From Eledone cirrhosa (lineage: Eukaryota): DNA of 64,000 bases. Every line of letters starts with the position of its first letter. The first letter of the stretch is position 1. Of this stretch, positions 23,372 through 42,053 are shown in pieces. Below the pieces are notes generated by a model. It was given only the letters and a program-made list of their open reading frames with translations. It made no database searches and had not been told where the DNA came from. The stretch covers positions 197,532,001-197,596,000 of the forward strand of contig OZ024743.1 of assembly GCA_964016885.1 (NCBI GenBank), in the 5' to 3' direction. The position numbers and the translations under genes were made by a program.

Positions 23372-23655
23372 TTCTCCGAATTGAGAGATCAAAGCTCCAA
23401 TACTATGAGCATGTGGTTAGAATGTCTCAGGAAAGAATCGCTGGTCGGATTTTACGGGCAAAATCAGCCGGTAGGAGACCCAGGGTTAGATCACGAGCAA
23501 GATAGTTGGATAAAATCCATGAGCTTGGTTGGTCGCGCTTGAGGATCCAGTCTGACCCGTTGTAGACGGTTGCTTCTGACAGGACCCGCTGGAAGAAGTG
23601 TTTGAGTACTCTGCCCTTACCTCACTGTTAGGATTAAGTGGGCGAAGAAGAAGAA
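23372..23655 (+). mobile_element. RTE-clade LINE 3' end, second copy
   Basis: Aligns to 18087-18369 and ends in a (gaa)n tail. Confidence 0.8.
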
Positions 23656-24025
23656 TTGGCTGGATAAAATGTCTGGATAAATTGGCTGAATAAATTGCTG
23701 GATAAAATGTATTGCATTTTTTTTCTAGCTCTATGTTCTTTGAGTCCAAGTCTCATCAAAAACAATTTTGCCTTTTATCTTTTCGGGATCGATAAATAAA
23801 GAACCAGTCAAGTATTAGATTGAATTATCAGAAATATAAGAGCATGGAATAGATGCCTTGCTGTATAGGTTCCTGATTTTCTCTTGGAGAACAGCGATAG
23901 TATGATGTGGGGACGGTCATTTGTATGTATAATCAACTGCGGGTCTTACATAATATAAACCTTGTCTAGGTTTGCACAATGGGAGAAGAACTTTTTAATT
24001 ATAGGAACATTCAAAGGTCCTGGAT

Positions 24026-24240
24026 ATAATGGTTTCTGATTCAGGTACAAAGCAAACCATTTTTGAGGGAAAGGAAAAGTCGATTAAATCGACCCAAGTG
24101 CATTACTGGGACTTTATTTTACCGACCCCGAAACGATAAAAGGCAAAGCTAACCCCAGTGGGATTTGAACTCAGAACGTAGGCAGTAGCTCCATGTCGCT
24201 AAGCATGTTGTTCGACGCTCTACCAATTCTGCCAATCCAC
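24026..24240 (-). mobile_element. SINE family A, long subfamily
   Basis: Match to the family consensus. Confidence 0.85.
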
Positions 24241-24600
24241 TGCCCTGGTCCCGGATATAATGAGTGGTTTCTTAGAACTAATACCTCTAAAATAAACTAT
24301 TCTCAGCTTAAGGTGAAATCCCAAACATCTGATCTGAGGAATTATACACCATACTTTTACTTCTTTGTTTGTTTTTACTTACAATTAAATCACATCTCTA
24401 GGTCAGTAGCTATTTATAAATCAATATGTCGTGTCGTAGGGTCATAAGGTGGTGAATTGGCTGAGTCATTTCGGCTCACTGCGCTCTGAGTTCAAAACTG
24501 ACCGAGTTCTACATTGCCTTTCATCTTTTTGAGACAGATAAAATACGTACCAGGGGTCGATATTTTTTTCCATGTCTATTTCTTAACTACCCCCCTCTCT

Positions 24601-24908
24601 CATAGTTGGATTTAGAGCTTGAAGGGAGGAATAGGCAATTCAGGTTTTCGGGGGGCTCATATACAAAATAATAGAATACATAGCGCCCACCAATTTTACA
24701 TATCAACGTTAGCTTGGCGCATATGGTTGGAACTGAAAAGTTATACATGCTGGTATTAAATTAAAAAATATCTAACCATCCTAAAACTAAAAAGCCCAGA
24801 TGAGGGCACAAATAAATTCCTACGGACGTCGCTAATGCCCCCCCCCACACACACAGCAGGGTGGCTGGAACAATTTCCCCCTTTCTGCCCCCATTAGATC
24901 CGACCCTG
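24601..24908 (-). mobile_element. MITE, diverged inverted copy of 28277-28611
   Basis: 24750-24908 is the reverse complement of 28277-28430 and ends in tagatccgaccctg. Confidence 0.65.
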
Positions 24909-26177
24909 CTCTCACATTCTCTCCTTCCCTGGAAGGACTCAGCTATGTACAGACCTGGAGAGGAGATGGGTTTCGTCAGATTTAAGATGCCCAAGACACG
25001 CTGTATATCACCATGGTGCCCTCTACGACTCCATCAGGAGTTACAGTTCCATACATGTAGGTTCATAACAATTACAAGGTTTCATTGTTTGAGACTCTGG
25101 GTGTATTTTTATACCAGAATTCTTTCTTCGTAAAGATACATTCTGCTGTACAGATACATCCTTTTCCATGGCTTTCTTACATTAAACATTTACTCGTAGG
25201 TTAATATCCAGGCAAGTAACAACTAACTTTAGAGCCTATTTCATGAATATAAAAATGTAAACAAAAAATAAATATATAAATATATAAATAGATAAAGCCA
25301 AAAAAAAAAAAAAGAAGAAAAGCCTGTCATATGAATAAAGTAATTCCTCACAATTCTTTACTGATTCTTCCTAGTTTACTAGGTTACCTGGAAGGAAATA
25401 AAGAAAAGTAAAACCCTTTGTGTAACTTAGATCTTCATTCAGCGAAAACCTAAATCGATTTTACGCCAACAAAAGCAATTGAAGTGCACTCTATTAAAAT
25501 ATTTGTATGACTGTCGGCCGTTCTGTTGTGTAATTATACTCTGGAGAAAGTAGCTTATTGATACAAATTCCCATACGTCATACATTCGGTTCAATGTTAC
25601 TTTCTGTCCATTATGAAGAATTGGAGAAGAGAAGAACAAAAAACAAAACCAAACAAAATTGAAATATCTCTACACAATGTCCTCTTCAAAACGTTGGACA
25701 AATGGTTAAAAAGAATTGTCTTTTCTTCATACAATACACTCGGCGGGACGTTGTTGGTAGCTCAGAGCGTGACATCTCTTTCTCTTATGGTGATTGTCAT
25801 TGGAACACACACACATAGGCATATAATCACACGCACACTGACATTAATACGCCTACTCATGCACACGCACATACACACCACGCATGCCCAGAACTATATA
25901 TACAGATAAATATACGTATATGGATAACCAAACACATACATACACACAAACACACTCACACATATATATATATATATATATATTCATAAATATATATACA
26001 CGCTATGTCATTGCATACCATAGCATTCTTCCAATATTTGAGCCTAGCATCACTAACAGACTGTTGAGAGACAAATGAAAGTTTTTTTAACACAATAACA
26101 GATCCTTTTGAATTAACATAAACTGACATTCCTTTTAAAAATACATGCAATATAAACAGCAATTAATTCTTGACTAC

Positions 26178-26507
26178 GAAGGCGCTTGGCTCTGTGGTTA
26201 GGGTTTTCGGCTTAAAATCGTAAGTTCATGAGTTCGATTCCCAGCGGCGCGTTGTGTCCTTTGTCCTTGAGCAAGAAACTTTATTTCACATTGCTTTTGT
26301 CAACTCAGCTGGCAAAATGAGTTGTGCCTGTAAATTCGAAGGGCCAACCTTGTCACATTCTGTGTCACGCTGAATCTCCCTGAGAACTACATTAAGGATA
26401 CGCGTGTCTGTTGAATTCTCAGCCACTTGCACGTTAGTTTCACGAGCAGGCTGTTCCGTTGATTGTATCAACTGGAACACTCGACGTCGTAACCGACTGA
26501 GTACAAG
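26178..26507 (+). mobile_element. CORE-type tRNA SINE (family B), full length with a 12-bp TSD
   Basis: A box TGGCTCTGTGG, B box GAGTTCGATTCC, CORE-like gtccttgagcaagaaacttta, and TSD taattcttgact at 26164 and 26508. Confidence 0.85.
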
Positions 26508-26726
26508 TAATTCTTGACTTTCTTTCTCCATCCACTTCTCTTTACCTATTAGTCACTCTTTACCTCAGAAACTCTGTACTTCTCATTCGTATAACATAAT
26601 ACCAAGGAAACAATAATATACAAAGGAAACAATAATATACAAAGAACTGAAACAATCACAAACGTAAATACATGTAGAGGGGAAAAGAATGTCGTTATGG
26701 AACTTATAGATAGAATTTTTGCAGAT

Positions 26727-27153
26727 AATAATTGTTTCTACTTTTGGCACAAGGCCAGCAATTATCCCAGTGCATTACTGGTCCTTTATTTTATCGACCC
26801 CGTAAGGATGAGAGGCAAAGTTAACCTCGGTTGGGTTTGAACTCAGACCGTAAAGGGGCGTAACTCTATGCTAGAAAGCATAGCGTCCGACCCTCTACCG
26901 ATACTGCCAATCTATCGGCCTTTTTTTGCAGCTAATAATGGTTTCTTATATCGGCACAAGGCCAGCAATTTTGGGGGAGGGGAAGGTCGATTAAATCGAC
27001 GCCAGTGCGTGACTGGTACTTTATTTTATCGACCCCGTAAGGATGAAAGTAAAGTTAACCTCGGCAGGATTTGAAATCAGATCATAAAGGGCCGTAACTC
27101 TATGCTGCAAAGCATGGCGTCCGACCCTCTACCGATACTGCCAATCCACCGCC
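26727..27153 (-). mobile_element. Two head-to-tail family-A SINEs (one short, one long subfamily)
   Basis: Copies at 26727-26910 and 26934-27153; tttttgcag(a/c)taata occurs before, between and after them. Confidence 0.9.
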
Positions 27154-27479
27154 CTTTTTTTTGCAGATAATAATGCCAGGAACGTATTTGAAAATAAGCC
27201 TGCTCTTCTCTATAAGGACTAGCATCTTTATTGATTTTGACCCCAGCGAGGGATTAAGGGATTGCGTTCATGACCATCGTAGGTTCCCCGAGACAGGTAT
27301 GATCGTCTAACAAGAGGAAAAAACTAGACAGAGATGGAGTTACAGAGATCTGAAGATTCTGTGGAGAAAGGACTGGATAAATGGCTAGCGTGGTATAGGA
27401 AGGGGCGGTCATGATCGATTACGTGGAGTGGCATGACATCAGATGAACTGATATACTGAAGTTGGGTTCAAGTTGTTCA

Positions 27480-27872
27480 GAATAAGGGTTTCTAATTTCG
27501 GCACAATTTGTGGAAAATGGAATGTCAATTATACCGACTCCAGTACGTTACTGGTACTTTATTATACCGACTCCAGTACGTTACTAGTACTTTATTTTAT
27601 CGACTCCGGTGGAATAAAAGGCAAAGTTGACCTCCGCGAGAGGTACGTATCTGTGGAATGCTCAGACACTTGCACTGTAGTTTCACGAGGAGGCTGTTCC
27701 ATTGATCGTATCAATTGGAACACACGTCATCGTAACCGACGGAGTACCAGTAATTCTTGACTGTCTTTCTCCACCCCCCTCTCTTCACCTATTAGTCGCT
27801 CGGAACGCATAAAAAATCGTAACTAAATATCGCAAAGCATTTTGTCCGATGCTCTATCGATTCTGCAAATCC
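27480..27872 (-). mobile_element. Degenerate family-A SINE split by a ~160-bp copy of 26396-26558
   Basis: SINE halves at 27480-27641 and 27800-27872; the insert matches the family-B SINE tail plus its unique flank. Confidence 0.75.
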
Positions 27873-28047
27873 TATGTGTTGCTGCTAGTAAATCAGATAG
27901 GGATGACTAATAAAGTGTGTGCTACCATAATTAATGCAGGGAACCAAGAGGTTTTAATTAATTAGTCATGTCTGTTTCAGGACCATATTAACTCTCTACA
28001 TTTTGCTATATTATATCTATAGATGTGTAGATGTAGTGTGTATTATA

Positions 28048-28172
28048 CACGGTGGCCCAAAAGTCGCAATACATAGGACATTTTAAAGTTTCTATATTTA
28101 TTTATTTTGAATAAATTATTTCTTATAAAACATAATTTTTTTTTAATGTATCGCGACTTTTGAGCCACCCTC
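28048..28172. mobile_element. Tc1/mariner-type MITE
   Basis: TIRs cacggtggcccaaaagtcgcaataca / tgtatcgcgacttttgagccaccctc with TA flanks. Confidence 0.8.
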
Positions 28173-28276
28173 TATAAACACCCAGCATTGTGTAAAGTAC
28201 TGGTATGTAAATGAGAAGAGGAAGTTAGACGAAGGTGTCATGAGTACCTGGTTGGTGTTAGTGGCGGTAGCATAGG

Positions 28277-28611
28277 CAGGGGCCGGATTTAATAAGGGGC
28301 AAAGGGGGCAATTGCCCCGGTCTCCGCAGTAGGATGGGGGGGACATCACCGACGGCTTTACCAGGAAATTTGTGCCCTCTACCGGGCTTTTTCGTTTTAG
28401 GATGGTTAGAATTTTTGAATTTAATACCTGTATGTATAACTTTTTAATTACAATTACTTGCGCCAAACTAACTTTGGTATGTAAAACTATGGGGGTTGGG
28501 GGATGGTATTCTAATTTTGTGTAAGGGGGGGGGGGGGGGCACCAAAAACTAAAGTGCCCCGGGTCCCCACATCTGAAGTGCCCCGGACCCCAAGGTATAA
28601 ATCCAGCCCTG
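28277..28611. mobile_element. MITE (hAT-like termini)
   Basis: TIRs caggggccggattta / taaatccagccctg and subterminal tgccccgg repeats. Confidence 0.7.
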
Positions 28612-28637
28612 ATATCACCACTATCATTATCACCAGT

Positions 28638-28821
28638 ATTGGCAGTATCGGTAGAAGGTCTGACGCCATGCTTTGCAGCAAAGAGTTACGGCCCTTTATG
28701 GTCTAAGTTCAAATCCCGCCGAGGTTAACTTTGCCTTTCATCCTTACGGGGTCGATAAAATAAAGTACCAGTAATACACTGAGATAATTGCTGGCCTTGT
28801 GCCAAAAGTAGAAACAATTAT
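28638..28821 (+). mobile_element. SINE family A with TSD ttatcacca
   Basis: Match to the family consensus and a flanking duplication. Confidence 0.9.
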
Positions 28822-29760
28822 CACCACTACCACACTACCACCATAATTACCACCTCAGTAGCAATCGCCCCACCCTCACCCTCTAATCAACATAATCAAC
28901 ATAACCACTACCATTATAAACTGCTGCAACCACTACCACCTCTCCAGCACCATCATCATCACCTCATACTACCACACCACACTACCACATTTACTACATT
29001 ACTACTACTACTACCACCAATAACACCACCACCAACACCCCCACAACTACTACCACCACCACCACCACCAACACCACCACAACCACTCCCCCACCACTCC
29101 ACCCACCACTAGCACCATCACCCATCACTACTACTACCACCACCATAACAATAACAGCAACCACCACCACCACCACCTATACCACCACAACCACTCTCCC
29201 CAACACTCCCCCACCACTCCTCCACACCACTCCCCCTCCACTCTGTGCCCACTAGCACCATCCCCCATCACTACCACCACTTCCACCACGACCACATCCA
29301 CCACCATAACAACATCAACCATCACCACCACTACCACCACCACCATAACAACATCAACCATCACCACCACTACCACCACCACCATAACAACATCAACCAT
29401 CACCACCACTACCACCACCACCATAACAACATCAACCATCACCACCACTACCACCACCACCATAACAACATCAACCATCACCACCACTACCACCACCACC
29501 ATAACAACATCAACCATCACCACTACTATCACCACCACCACCACCACCACCACCACCACCACCAGTACAACTACAACCTCCCACCCCACCATCACTACCA
29601 TAACTACTCCCCGCCACAACTCCCCCACCACTAATACTATCACCAACACCATCATCCCTCCCCTCCACCACCACCACCATCACTACCACCACCACCACCA
29701 CCATCAACACCACCACCACCACAGCAACTATCACTAACTGTTCACCCCCACCTCCACAGT
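28822..29760. repeat. (CAC)-rich low-complexity tract with a 39-bp x ~6 minisatellite (~29290-29525)
   Basis: 13-codon periodicity in the spurious ORFs. Confidence 0.9.
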
Positions 29761-29909
29761 GTTACACTGTGAAAGAGATGTAATATTTGATGGTTAAAGA
29801 AATCAGTTATAGAGTAGAAGTAAGAGGTAAGAAATGTAAGGTGGCTCCGTATTCTCATTCAAATATTACACATTTCTTTTGTTGTTGTTGTTTGTTTCTA
29901 GTTATTCAT

Positions 29910-30760
29910 TATTCTATCTTTCTTTGTTGTTGTTTCTTTCTTTCGTTTGCTTCTTCATTTTTGCTTTCGTTCTTCTCTTCTTAGTTCTCCTAGCCTTCTT
30001 GTTTCTTTTATTCCAACAGCTTTCTGTTCTTTCTTTCTTTCCTTCACGTCTTTCTTTCTTTCGTTTGCTTCTTCATTTTTTCTTTCGTTCTTCTCTTCTT
30101 AGTTCTCCTAGCCTTCTTGTTTCTTTTATTCCAACAGCTTTCTGTTCTTTCTTTCTTTCCTTCACGTCTTTCTTTCTTTCGTTTGCTTCTTCATTTTTTC
30201 TTTCGTTCTTCTCTTCTTAGTTCTCCTAGCCTTCTTGTTTCTTTTATTCCAACAGCTTTCTGTTCTTTCTTTCTTTCCTTCACGTCTTTCTTTCTTTCGT
30301 TTGCTTCTTCATTTTTTCTTTCGTTCTTCTCTTCTTAGTTCTCCTAGCCTTCTTGTTTCTTTTATTCCAACAGGTTTCTGTTCTTTCTTTCTTTCCTTCA
30401 CGTCTTTCTTTCTTTCGTTTGCTTCTTCATTTTTTCTTTCGTTCTTCTCTTCTTAGTTCTCCTAGCCTTCTTGTTTCTTTTATTCCAACAGCTTTCTGTT
30501 CTTTCTTTCTTTCCTTCACGTCTTTCTTTCTTTCGTCTGCTTCTACATTTTTTCTTTCGTTCTTCTCTTCTTAATTCTCCTAGCTTTCTTGTTTCTTTTA
30601 TTCCAACAGCTTTCTGTTCTTTCTTTCTTTCCTTCACGTCTTTCTTTCTTTCGTCTGCTTCTACATTTTTTCTTTCGTTCTTCTCTTCTTAATTCTCCCA
30701 GCTTTCTTTTTTCTTTCATTTTTTCTCTCTTATTCTAACAGCTTTCTGTTGTTTCTTTCT
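29910..30760. repeat. 118-bp pyrimidine-rich minisatellite (~6-7 copies), followed by (TTTC)n to ~31255
   Basis: Near-identical spurious ORFs start at 30117, 30235, 30353 and 30471 (period 118). Confidence 0.95.
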
Positions 30761-30913
30761 TTCCGTCTTTCTTTCTTTCACTCCTGTTTCCTTTTTACTT
30801 TGTTTTATTTCTCTTATTCCAACAACTTCTCTTTTCTTTCCTATTTTCTTTCTCTACTCCTTCCATTTCCTTCTTTCCTTCCTGTCTTTCTTTCTTTCAT
30901 TCTTTCTTTCTTT

Positions 30914-30961
<48 letters not shown>

Positions 30962-31113
30962 TTTTCTTTCTTTCTTTCTTTCTCTCTTTCTTTCTTTCGT
31001 TCTTTCTTTCCTTCTTGTCTTGCCTTCTCCCTTTCTCCCTTTCGTTCTTTCTTCCCTTCCTGTCATTCTTTCTTTTTTTCTTTCTTTTTTCTTTCTTCCT
31101 CTCTTTCTATCGT

Positions 31114-31173
<60 letters not shown>

Positions 31174-31427
31174 TTTTTTCTTTGCTTCCTTACTTTCTCT
31201 AATCTTTCCATTTACTTTCATTCGTTATTCCTTTCTTTCATTCATTCTTTCTTCTCTAACACCCTCCCCCAACAATATATTCTTACCCCGCTCGCCCCAC
31301 CCCAGAGTAACTATGACAATCGAAGACTATTTCCTCTGTCTCCTTATGAAACCGCCATGACAGACTCGGAGGAGAAGGAGGAGGCGGAAAGAAGATGAAA
31401 GAAAGATGATCACTTCATATAGAAGAA

Positions 31428-36640
<5,213 letters not shown>

Positions 36641-37669
36641 TGGCAGGTAGATAGGATGAGCGGGTTAGAGAGGGAAGGAAGGCAGAATACATGTTTGGGT
36701 GGTATTCGAAGTATGAAAAGGAAGAAAGATATTGGTGCCCTTAGGGTGCTAAAGGTTTATGATAAGGTTACTGATGAAACAATCATCGTAATATTTGCCC
36801 TTTAGGGAGCTGAGAGTATTTGCTACTTAAACTGATAGATTTTAAGGAACGAAATCTCCCTTAAAAAGATAATTTTATCAACAAAAAAATATTGTTTTTC
36901 GTTTAAAAAAACAACTGCCACAACACAACGGACAAACATCTCTAAACAACCATTAGTCATGACAGAATATAAAATACAAAATTCAATCGCGGTTTTTATA
37001 TTTATATCTCGGCAACTCGTTAGGCAAAATGAAATCTATTTCCTTTTTTGGAATGCTACAGTTGAGTTTATTTTGACAATTTTAGACTAATTTTCCTGTG
37101 CAAGACGGCAAAATGTCAAGAGAAAGTATAGTGGGGTTGTCAACAGCCCTGGCAGGCATTCAAACATCATGGCATGCACACACATTTGACAATGTTATTA
37201 GCTTTTTAAAAATAAATTGCAGAGTTCTGACGTTCTTGATATTGAAATATTTTAACATTTAACAAAGGGATCAATTTTCCAGAGGGCTAGATTCAGGGTA
37301 GTGGTTGTGGTTGTGGTTGTGGCAGTGATTGTTTTGTTGGAGGCATGATGGTTGCCATAACAGTTATGTGTTTAAGTGGTACTAGTTGTAGGGGTGTGGT
37401 ACATAGATGAGGATGATGGTGATGGGAGACGGCGATGAAGATCTTTAGGAAAACCAGAGTGATGAGAATAAGGATGATAATAATGAGGGATGTGAACAAG
37501 ATGAACAAGGAGAAGGAAGCAAACAAAATACGAATCAAGAAGTACATTTCGTCATCTATATTTCATTCAAAATCTATAAGACTTTTGTTTGAATGCCTGA
37601 AGCCTTCACAGCAATCATTATACGAAAACGTAGCATCATCTGCATGAATGCCTCTTTAGGGAAAAAGCA

Positions 37670-37820
37670 AACCCTTTTTTGTAGAACCTCTAGCAAGTCA
37701 AGATGTTTTTTGTAATGTAAACAAAACATGGTGTAAAACAAACAAAATAAATACGAATTAAGTAGAAATATTTGTATAATATATGCTTTATGTTCAATAT
37801 TAGTAAGATGGAATTTCATC
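37670..37820 (-). pseudogene. Decayed CR1-type LINE C-terminal fragment
   Basis: HYKKHLDLLEVLQKR resembles the CR1 motif PHYKKDIxxLERVQRR. Confidence 0.4.
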
Positions 37821-37984
37821 CTTAAATTTTTCTTTGCTCGAAATACCAGTATTTTCGTTTTCCCTAATCATTAGAACTTAAACAAAATTTCCAAACACCA
37901 TTAAATATATTTTTTTGCCAGCGCAGACAACCACTAGTTTCCTTAGAATCTGGGTTTTACTTCTAAAGCAGATAAACCCGATAA

Positions 37985-38312
37985 ATGCAAATAAATAAAT
38001 AAGTAAATAAGTGTTGATGTTCTTTCTCTTTCACTCACTGCCTCCGTCTCTCCCGCTCACCCCATCACTCACTATTATAAGCAAATAGGGGCGCACGCGC
38101 TGGCCGCTTCGCAGTCCCGGCGGACAGAATAGAGAAGGCGTTTCCTCGGAGGATGGTGAGGGAGACACGTTTGAAGAGCCATTCCAGCTCACGAGGCTCA
38201 CACCCGCGGGTAGCCAACTCCATGCCGATGGTGGTGAGTAGGTGGTAATAGGGCTACAGACACCAGAGGTTTCTACTGTTACGGCTCGAACGCAAACTTG
38301 TCGGAGAGCCAC
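37985..38312 (-). mobile_element. CRE-like (RLE) non-LTR retrotransposon 3' end, older copy
   Basis: Aligns by eye to 42950-43220 (VETSG, cgggtagccaactc, gagccattccag) and has a (TTTA)n tail on the minus strand. Confidence 0.7.
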
Positions 38313-38544
38313 CGATATTTTGAAAATAGATTATAACGTCATTTTGAAGGAAAAATATGGCTTATTGGAATTTTAATCTCAATATTATTCTTCATTCTTG
38401 TAATACCGGTAGGCGTGTTCAATAAGAATATAAGATTGAGAATGAGAAGAAAGTAAACGGAAAAGGGTTAGTAATATTACAATTTGGTTTTCCGCTCTAA
38501 CATAGCGGATACGTAAATGTATTCGTGAGTTTTATATCGAGTAA

Positions 38545-38720
38545 TAATAATATTCGATTCGTTTGCAAGCAAACAGCCTCAATACGCTATGTTTTTAGAT
38601 GACCATCATCATTCCTTTGTTCTAGTGGTGATAGAGAGATAGGACAAAAAATGATGATGGTTATCTAAAAAAACATAGCGTAATGAGGCTGTTTACTTGC
38701 AAACGAATCGAATATCATTA
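38545..38720. mobile_element. Hairpin MITE-like element with ~70-bp arms
   Basis: taataatattcgattcgtttgcaagcaaacagcctca.. / ..tgaggctgtttacttgcaaacgaatcgaatatcatta; a related terminus lies at ~12750-12803. Confidence 0.7.
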
Positions 38721-38733
38721 GTCCTTATAGTAA

Positions 38734-39040
38734 GGTGGATTGGCAGTATCGGTAGAGGGTCGGACGCCATGATTTGACGCAAAGAGTTACGGCCCTTGCC
38801 ATTCTGAGTTCAAATCCCGGCGAGGTTATCTTTGCCTTTCATCCTTACGGGGTCGATAAAATAAAGTACCAGTAATGCACTGGGTAATTGCTGGCCTTGT
38901 GCCAAACGTAGAAAAAATTATTCTTTAGTAATATTATTCTTTAGTAATTTTGCCTTTCATCCTTACGGGGTCGATAAAATAAAGTACCAGTAATGTAGTG
39001 GGTATTTGCTGGCCTTGTGCCAATAGTAGAAACAATTATT
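38734..39040 (+). mobile_element. SINE family A plus a tandem 5'-truncated copy
   Basis: Copies at 38734-38921 and 38948-39040, with ttattctttagtaat repeated at the junctions. Confidence 0.9.
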
Positions 39041-39083
39041 CTTTAGTAATATTATTAACGCGGGTGGATGGGTAAATATATAA

Positions 39084-39152
39084 TCTATATATAATATAAA
39101 AGGAAAATGTTTATGGGTTGGTTGGTTAGTTAGTTGCTTGAATCACACGAAA

Positions 39153-39193
<41 letters not shown>

Positions 39194-39835
39194 TACATAC
39201 ACACACATCTAAAGAGAGAGAGACATAGAGGGAGAGGCAGAATGAGAGAGGTAGGCCGTTAAACAGAGAGAGATACAATTAAAGTGTTAGATATTTAGAA
39301 GGAGAGAGAGAGTGAAAAAGAGAGAGAGTTAGAGCGAGAGGGAGAGAGAGAGAGAGAGGGAGGGAGAGAGAGACGTCCCACAAAAGTATCAATTGAAGGT
39401 TTAACAAACTTTGATTTTACAGAACAAAGAAAAATTGATACTATTTGAAATTAATCTACACTCCAGCTTTTATCCATATACTACTTACAGTCCGTACTAT
39501 CGAAGAAACACTTCAGAAGCAATGTTATGCGGTATATTGCTGCATTTCAGATGACGTTCTTTGAGCTGAAAAAGATCATACTGACTATGGTTATTTCACA
39601 ACATTTAAAATCCAAGGCCAATGCTACCATTTAATAGGCAGTTTGCACCCCCAGCCTAATAAGGAAGTTTTATGATTGAATTTTTTTATGCCTCTCTCAC
39701 ACACACTCCCACACACTCACACACACACATTACAGTCTCCACCTCAGACCAGACAACACATCCAATACAGTCATTTTCTCTTTTATCCGTCTTCTCTTAA
39801 CTGTTTTCCCAGGCGTAGCCGGGTACTTCAGCTAG
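39084..39835 (+). mobile_element. Non-autonomous Helitron
   Basis: 5' a|TCTATATATAATATAAAAG and 3' hairpin cccaggcgtagccggg followed by CTAG|t, consistent with A|T insertion. Confidence 0.7.
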
Positions 39836-39919
39836 TTATTTATATAGAAAATGTTTGACAAAAATGTAGCTATTACTAAAGGCATCTACTATTTAGTAAT
39901 TAGTGATATGAACTGTATA

Positions 39920-40119
39920 AAGGTTTCTGATTTAGGAACAAAGTCAACAATTTTAGGGGAGGGGCATGTCGACTAAATCGACCCCAGTGCGTGACTGGTA
40001 CTTTATTTTATCAACCCCGTAAGGATGAAAGACAAAGCCAACTTCGGTAGGATTTGAACTCAGAACGCAAAGGGCCGTAACTCAATGCCACAAAGCATGT
40101 TATCCGACGCTCTACCGAA
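39920..40119 (-). mobile_element. SINE family A, long subfamily
   Basis: Match to the family consensus. Confidence 0.85.
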
Positions 40120-40941
40120 AGCTATTTCTAATTAATAAAAGACAAGTTCTGCTGTAAAGACTTCTGATTGATGTCAATACAAAAATAAATAGGTGTAACT
40201 TGTAATGTTTCTTTTCTACTATAGCTTTCTAAATATTAGTTTTAATGAACCATAATATATTTCAACTGTTTACTTTTAATTACATGATCTGGTATTATCG
40301 ATCTAAAAAATAAATTGGATGTAGCATATTGAACTGTCGCGTCGTTTACATTATATATACAACTTTCATTTTTAGGATAATTACTTCCAAATATTGATTT
40401 CTAGGAACTAATTGCTATGCGGATTCTCAATATGGAAGGTGTCATGGTCTATTAAATCAAGCCACATTTATAGCTGGTGCTTACCTTATCAGCCCAGGAT
40501 GAATTATAAGCAATGTCTAGCTGAACGGTATGTGAACTCAGAAGATGTAGAAAAATGAAATACAATTAACAGTTAACACCTATACAGGTTTAGCTGACCT
40601 CTTAAGAGGTTGTATCTCATAGGAAGTTTCTCAGGTGTTTTAAAGATATGGTGCCCAGTTATAGCATGAGAAGTAAAGTTAAATGAAGTGTCTTGCTCGA
40701 GAATACAATGCACCGCCCGGTCAAGGAATCGGACCTAAATCGCCAGAATTCTCCACAATTATAGTTTCAACGACAAACCTATAGGAAAGCGGTCCATTCT
40801 TTAACAGCTTGCGATCTTCTGTTTGGGTCAGTCCCAAAATTTACCTGATAGCTGCTGGAGAAAGAATTGTTGATTGTCGTATCCCCCGGTGGAATGGCAA
40901 AATGACTTTTCATCAATAGTCTCACTGAGATCTATCTATCT

Positions 40942-42053
40942 ATGTGTCAACACCCCTTCGCCGAGTGCAAACTATCCCTGAAAGGTCGAGCGGAGGTGGC
41001 GAACACTTATATAGCGTCCGTCATCTACTACCGCTTGACCGTCGTGCCTTGTCCAGCGAAAACGCTCGCCAAAATGAAGCACGCGCTCTTCCGATTCCTT
41101 TGGAAGAAGCGGGCTCCTTTGGTGAGAAGATCCATCTGTTGTCAACACCCTTCGAACGGAGGACTGCAGATGCGGTGGCTGACGATGCGTAGACACGCAT
41201 TAAGGCTACAGCACCTCCAGGTATTCCTCGCCGGTCAGCCGGTGTGGGCCCCTTTTGTGAGGCGAGCCTTTCCGAGACTCGTCTCACTCACCGAGCTGCA
41301 ATCCTGGGTCAAGCAAAGACCGAGAAAAGTGGGCGACTGGCACATTGAATGTGCCCAGGCGCTCACAGCCCTCTGGCAAGCGGATCCGGCAATCAGTGGA
41401 GACTCAACCTCAACATTTTATAGAGGGTTGGTGCGCAGCAAGTGCGACGACGCTCTCGGAGAGGCTCTGAGCATGGAGGAAGAGAGCTAGCCAGTCTGTT
41501 CGGTAGGACATTTGGCCCGGGACCGATGGACAACTGCAAAAAGTCCCTGGCTTGGCAGTGCTACCGAGGAGCTCTACCCGTTCGGGACAAGCTCTACAGA
41601 CACGGGCGCCCGGGTAGGGATCCTTCGAAGAAGATCTGTCCGAGATGCGTGCATGACGAGGAAACCGTCGCGCACGCATTCCTACACTGCCCGGGCGTTG
41701 TTGACTTGTGGGGCTATGTGGAACGACTACTGTCGCGGGTGGGACCAATCTGGTTGACCACCGAGTACATTGTCACGATCAAACCGCCTCCCCCCTTCAA
41801 AAACGAAGGAGAGGCGGTTTTCCTCTGTGTGATAGCTATGGTGAAAGAAGTTGTATGGTGGACGAATTTGAAAGGGCTGAGGTCTGACACTTTTCTCTCC
41901 GGCCAACAACTGGTCCTTTTTTTCAAGTACCATTTTAGAAGAAGGATCAGAATGGAGAGAGACGTGCTCTGCCCCAGCAAGTTTTATGAAAGGTGGGTGA
42001 AAGTGGCGAGAATGGCCCGAGTGAATGGGCCTTCTCTCTATATCAGCCTGTAG
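40942..42053 (+). pseudogene. Tx1-like ORF2 C-terminal region with zf-RVT (CCHC), one frameshift near 41485
   Basis: LSLKGRAEVANTYIASVIYY..FRFLW..VRRSICCQHPSNGGL, then LAWQCYRGALPV..CPRC..EETVAHAFLHCP..V..LW. Confidence 0.9.
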
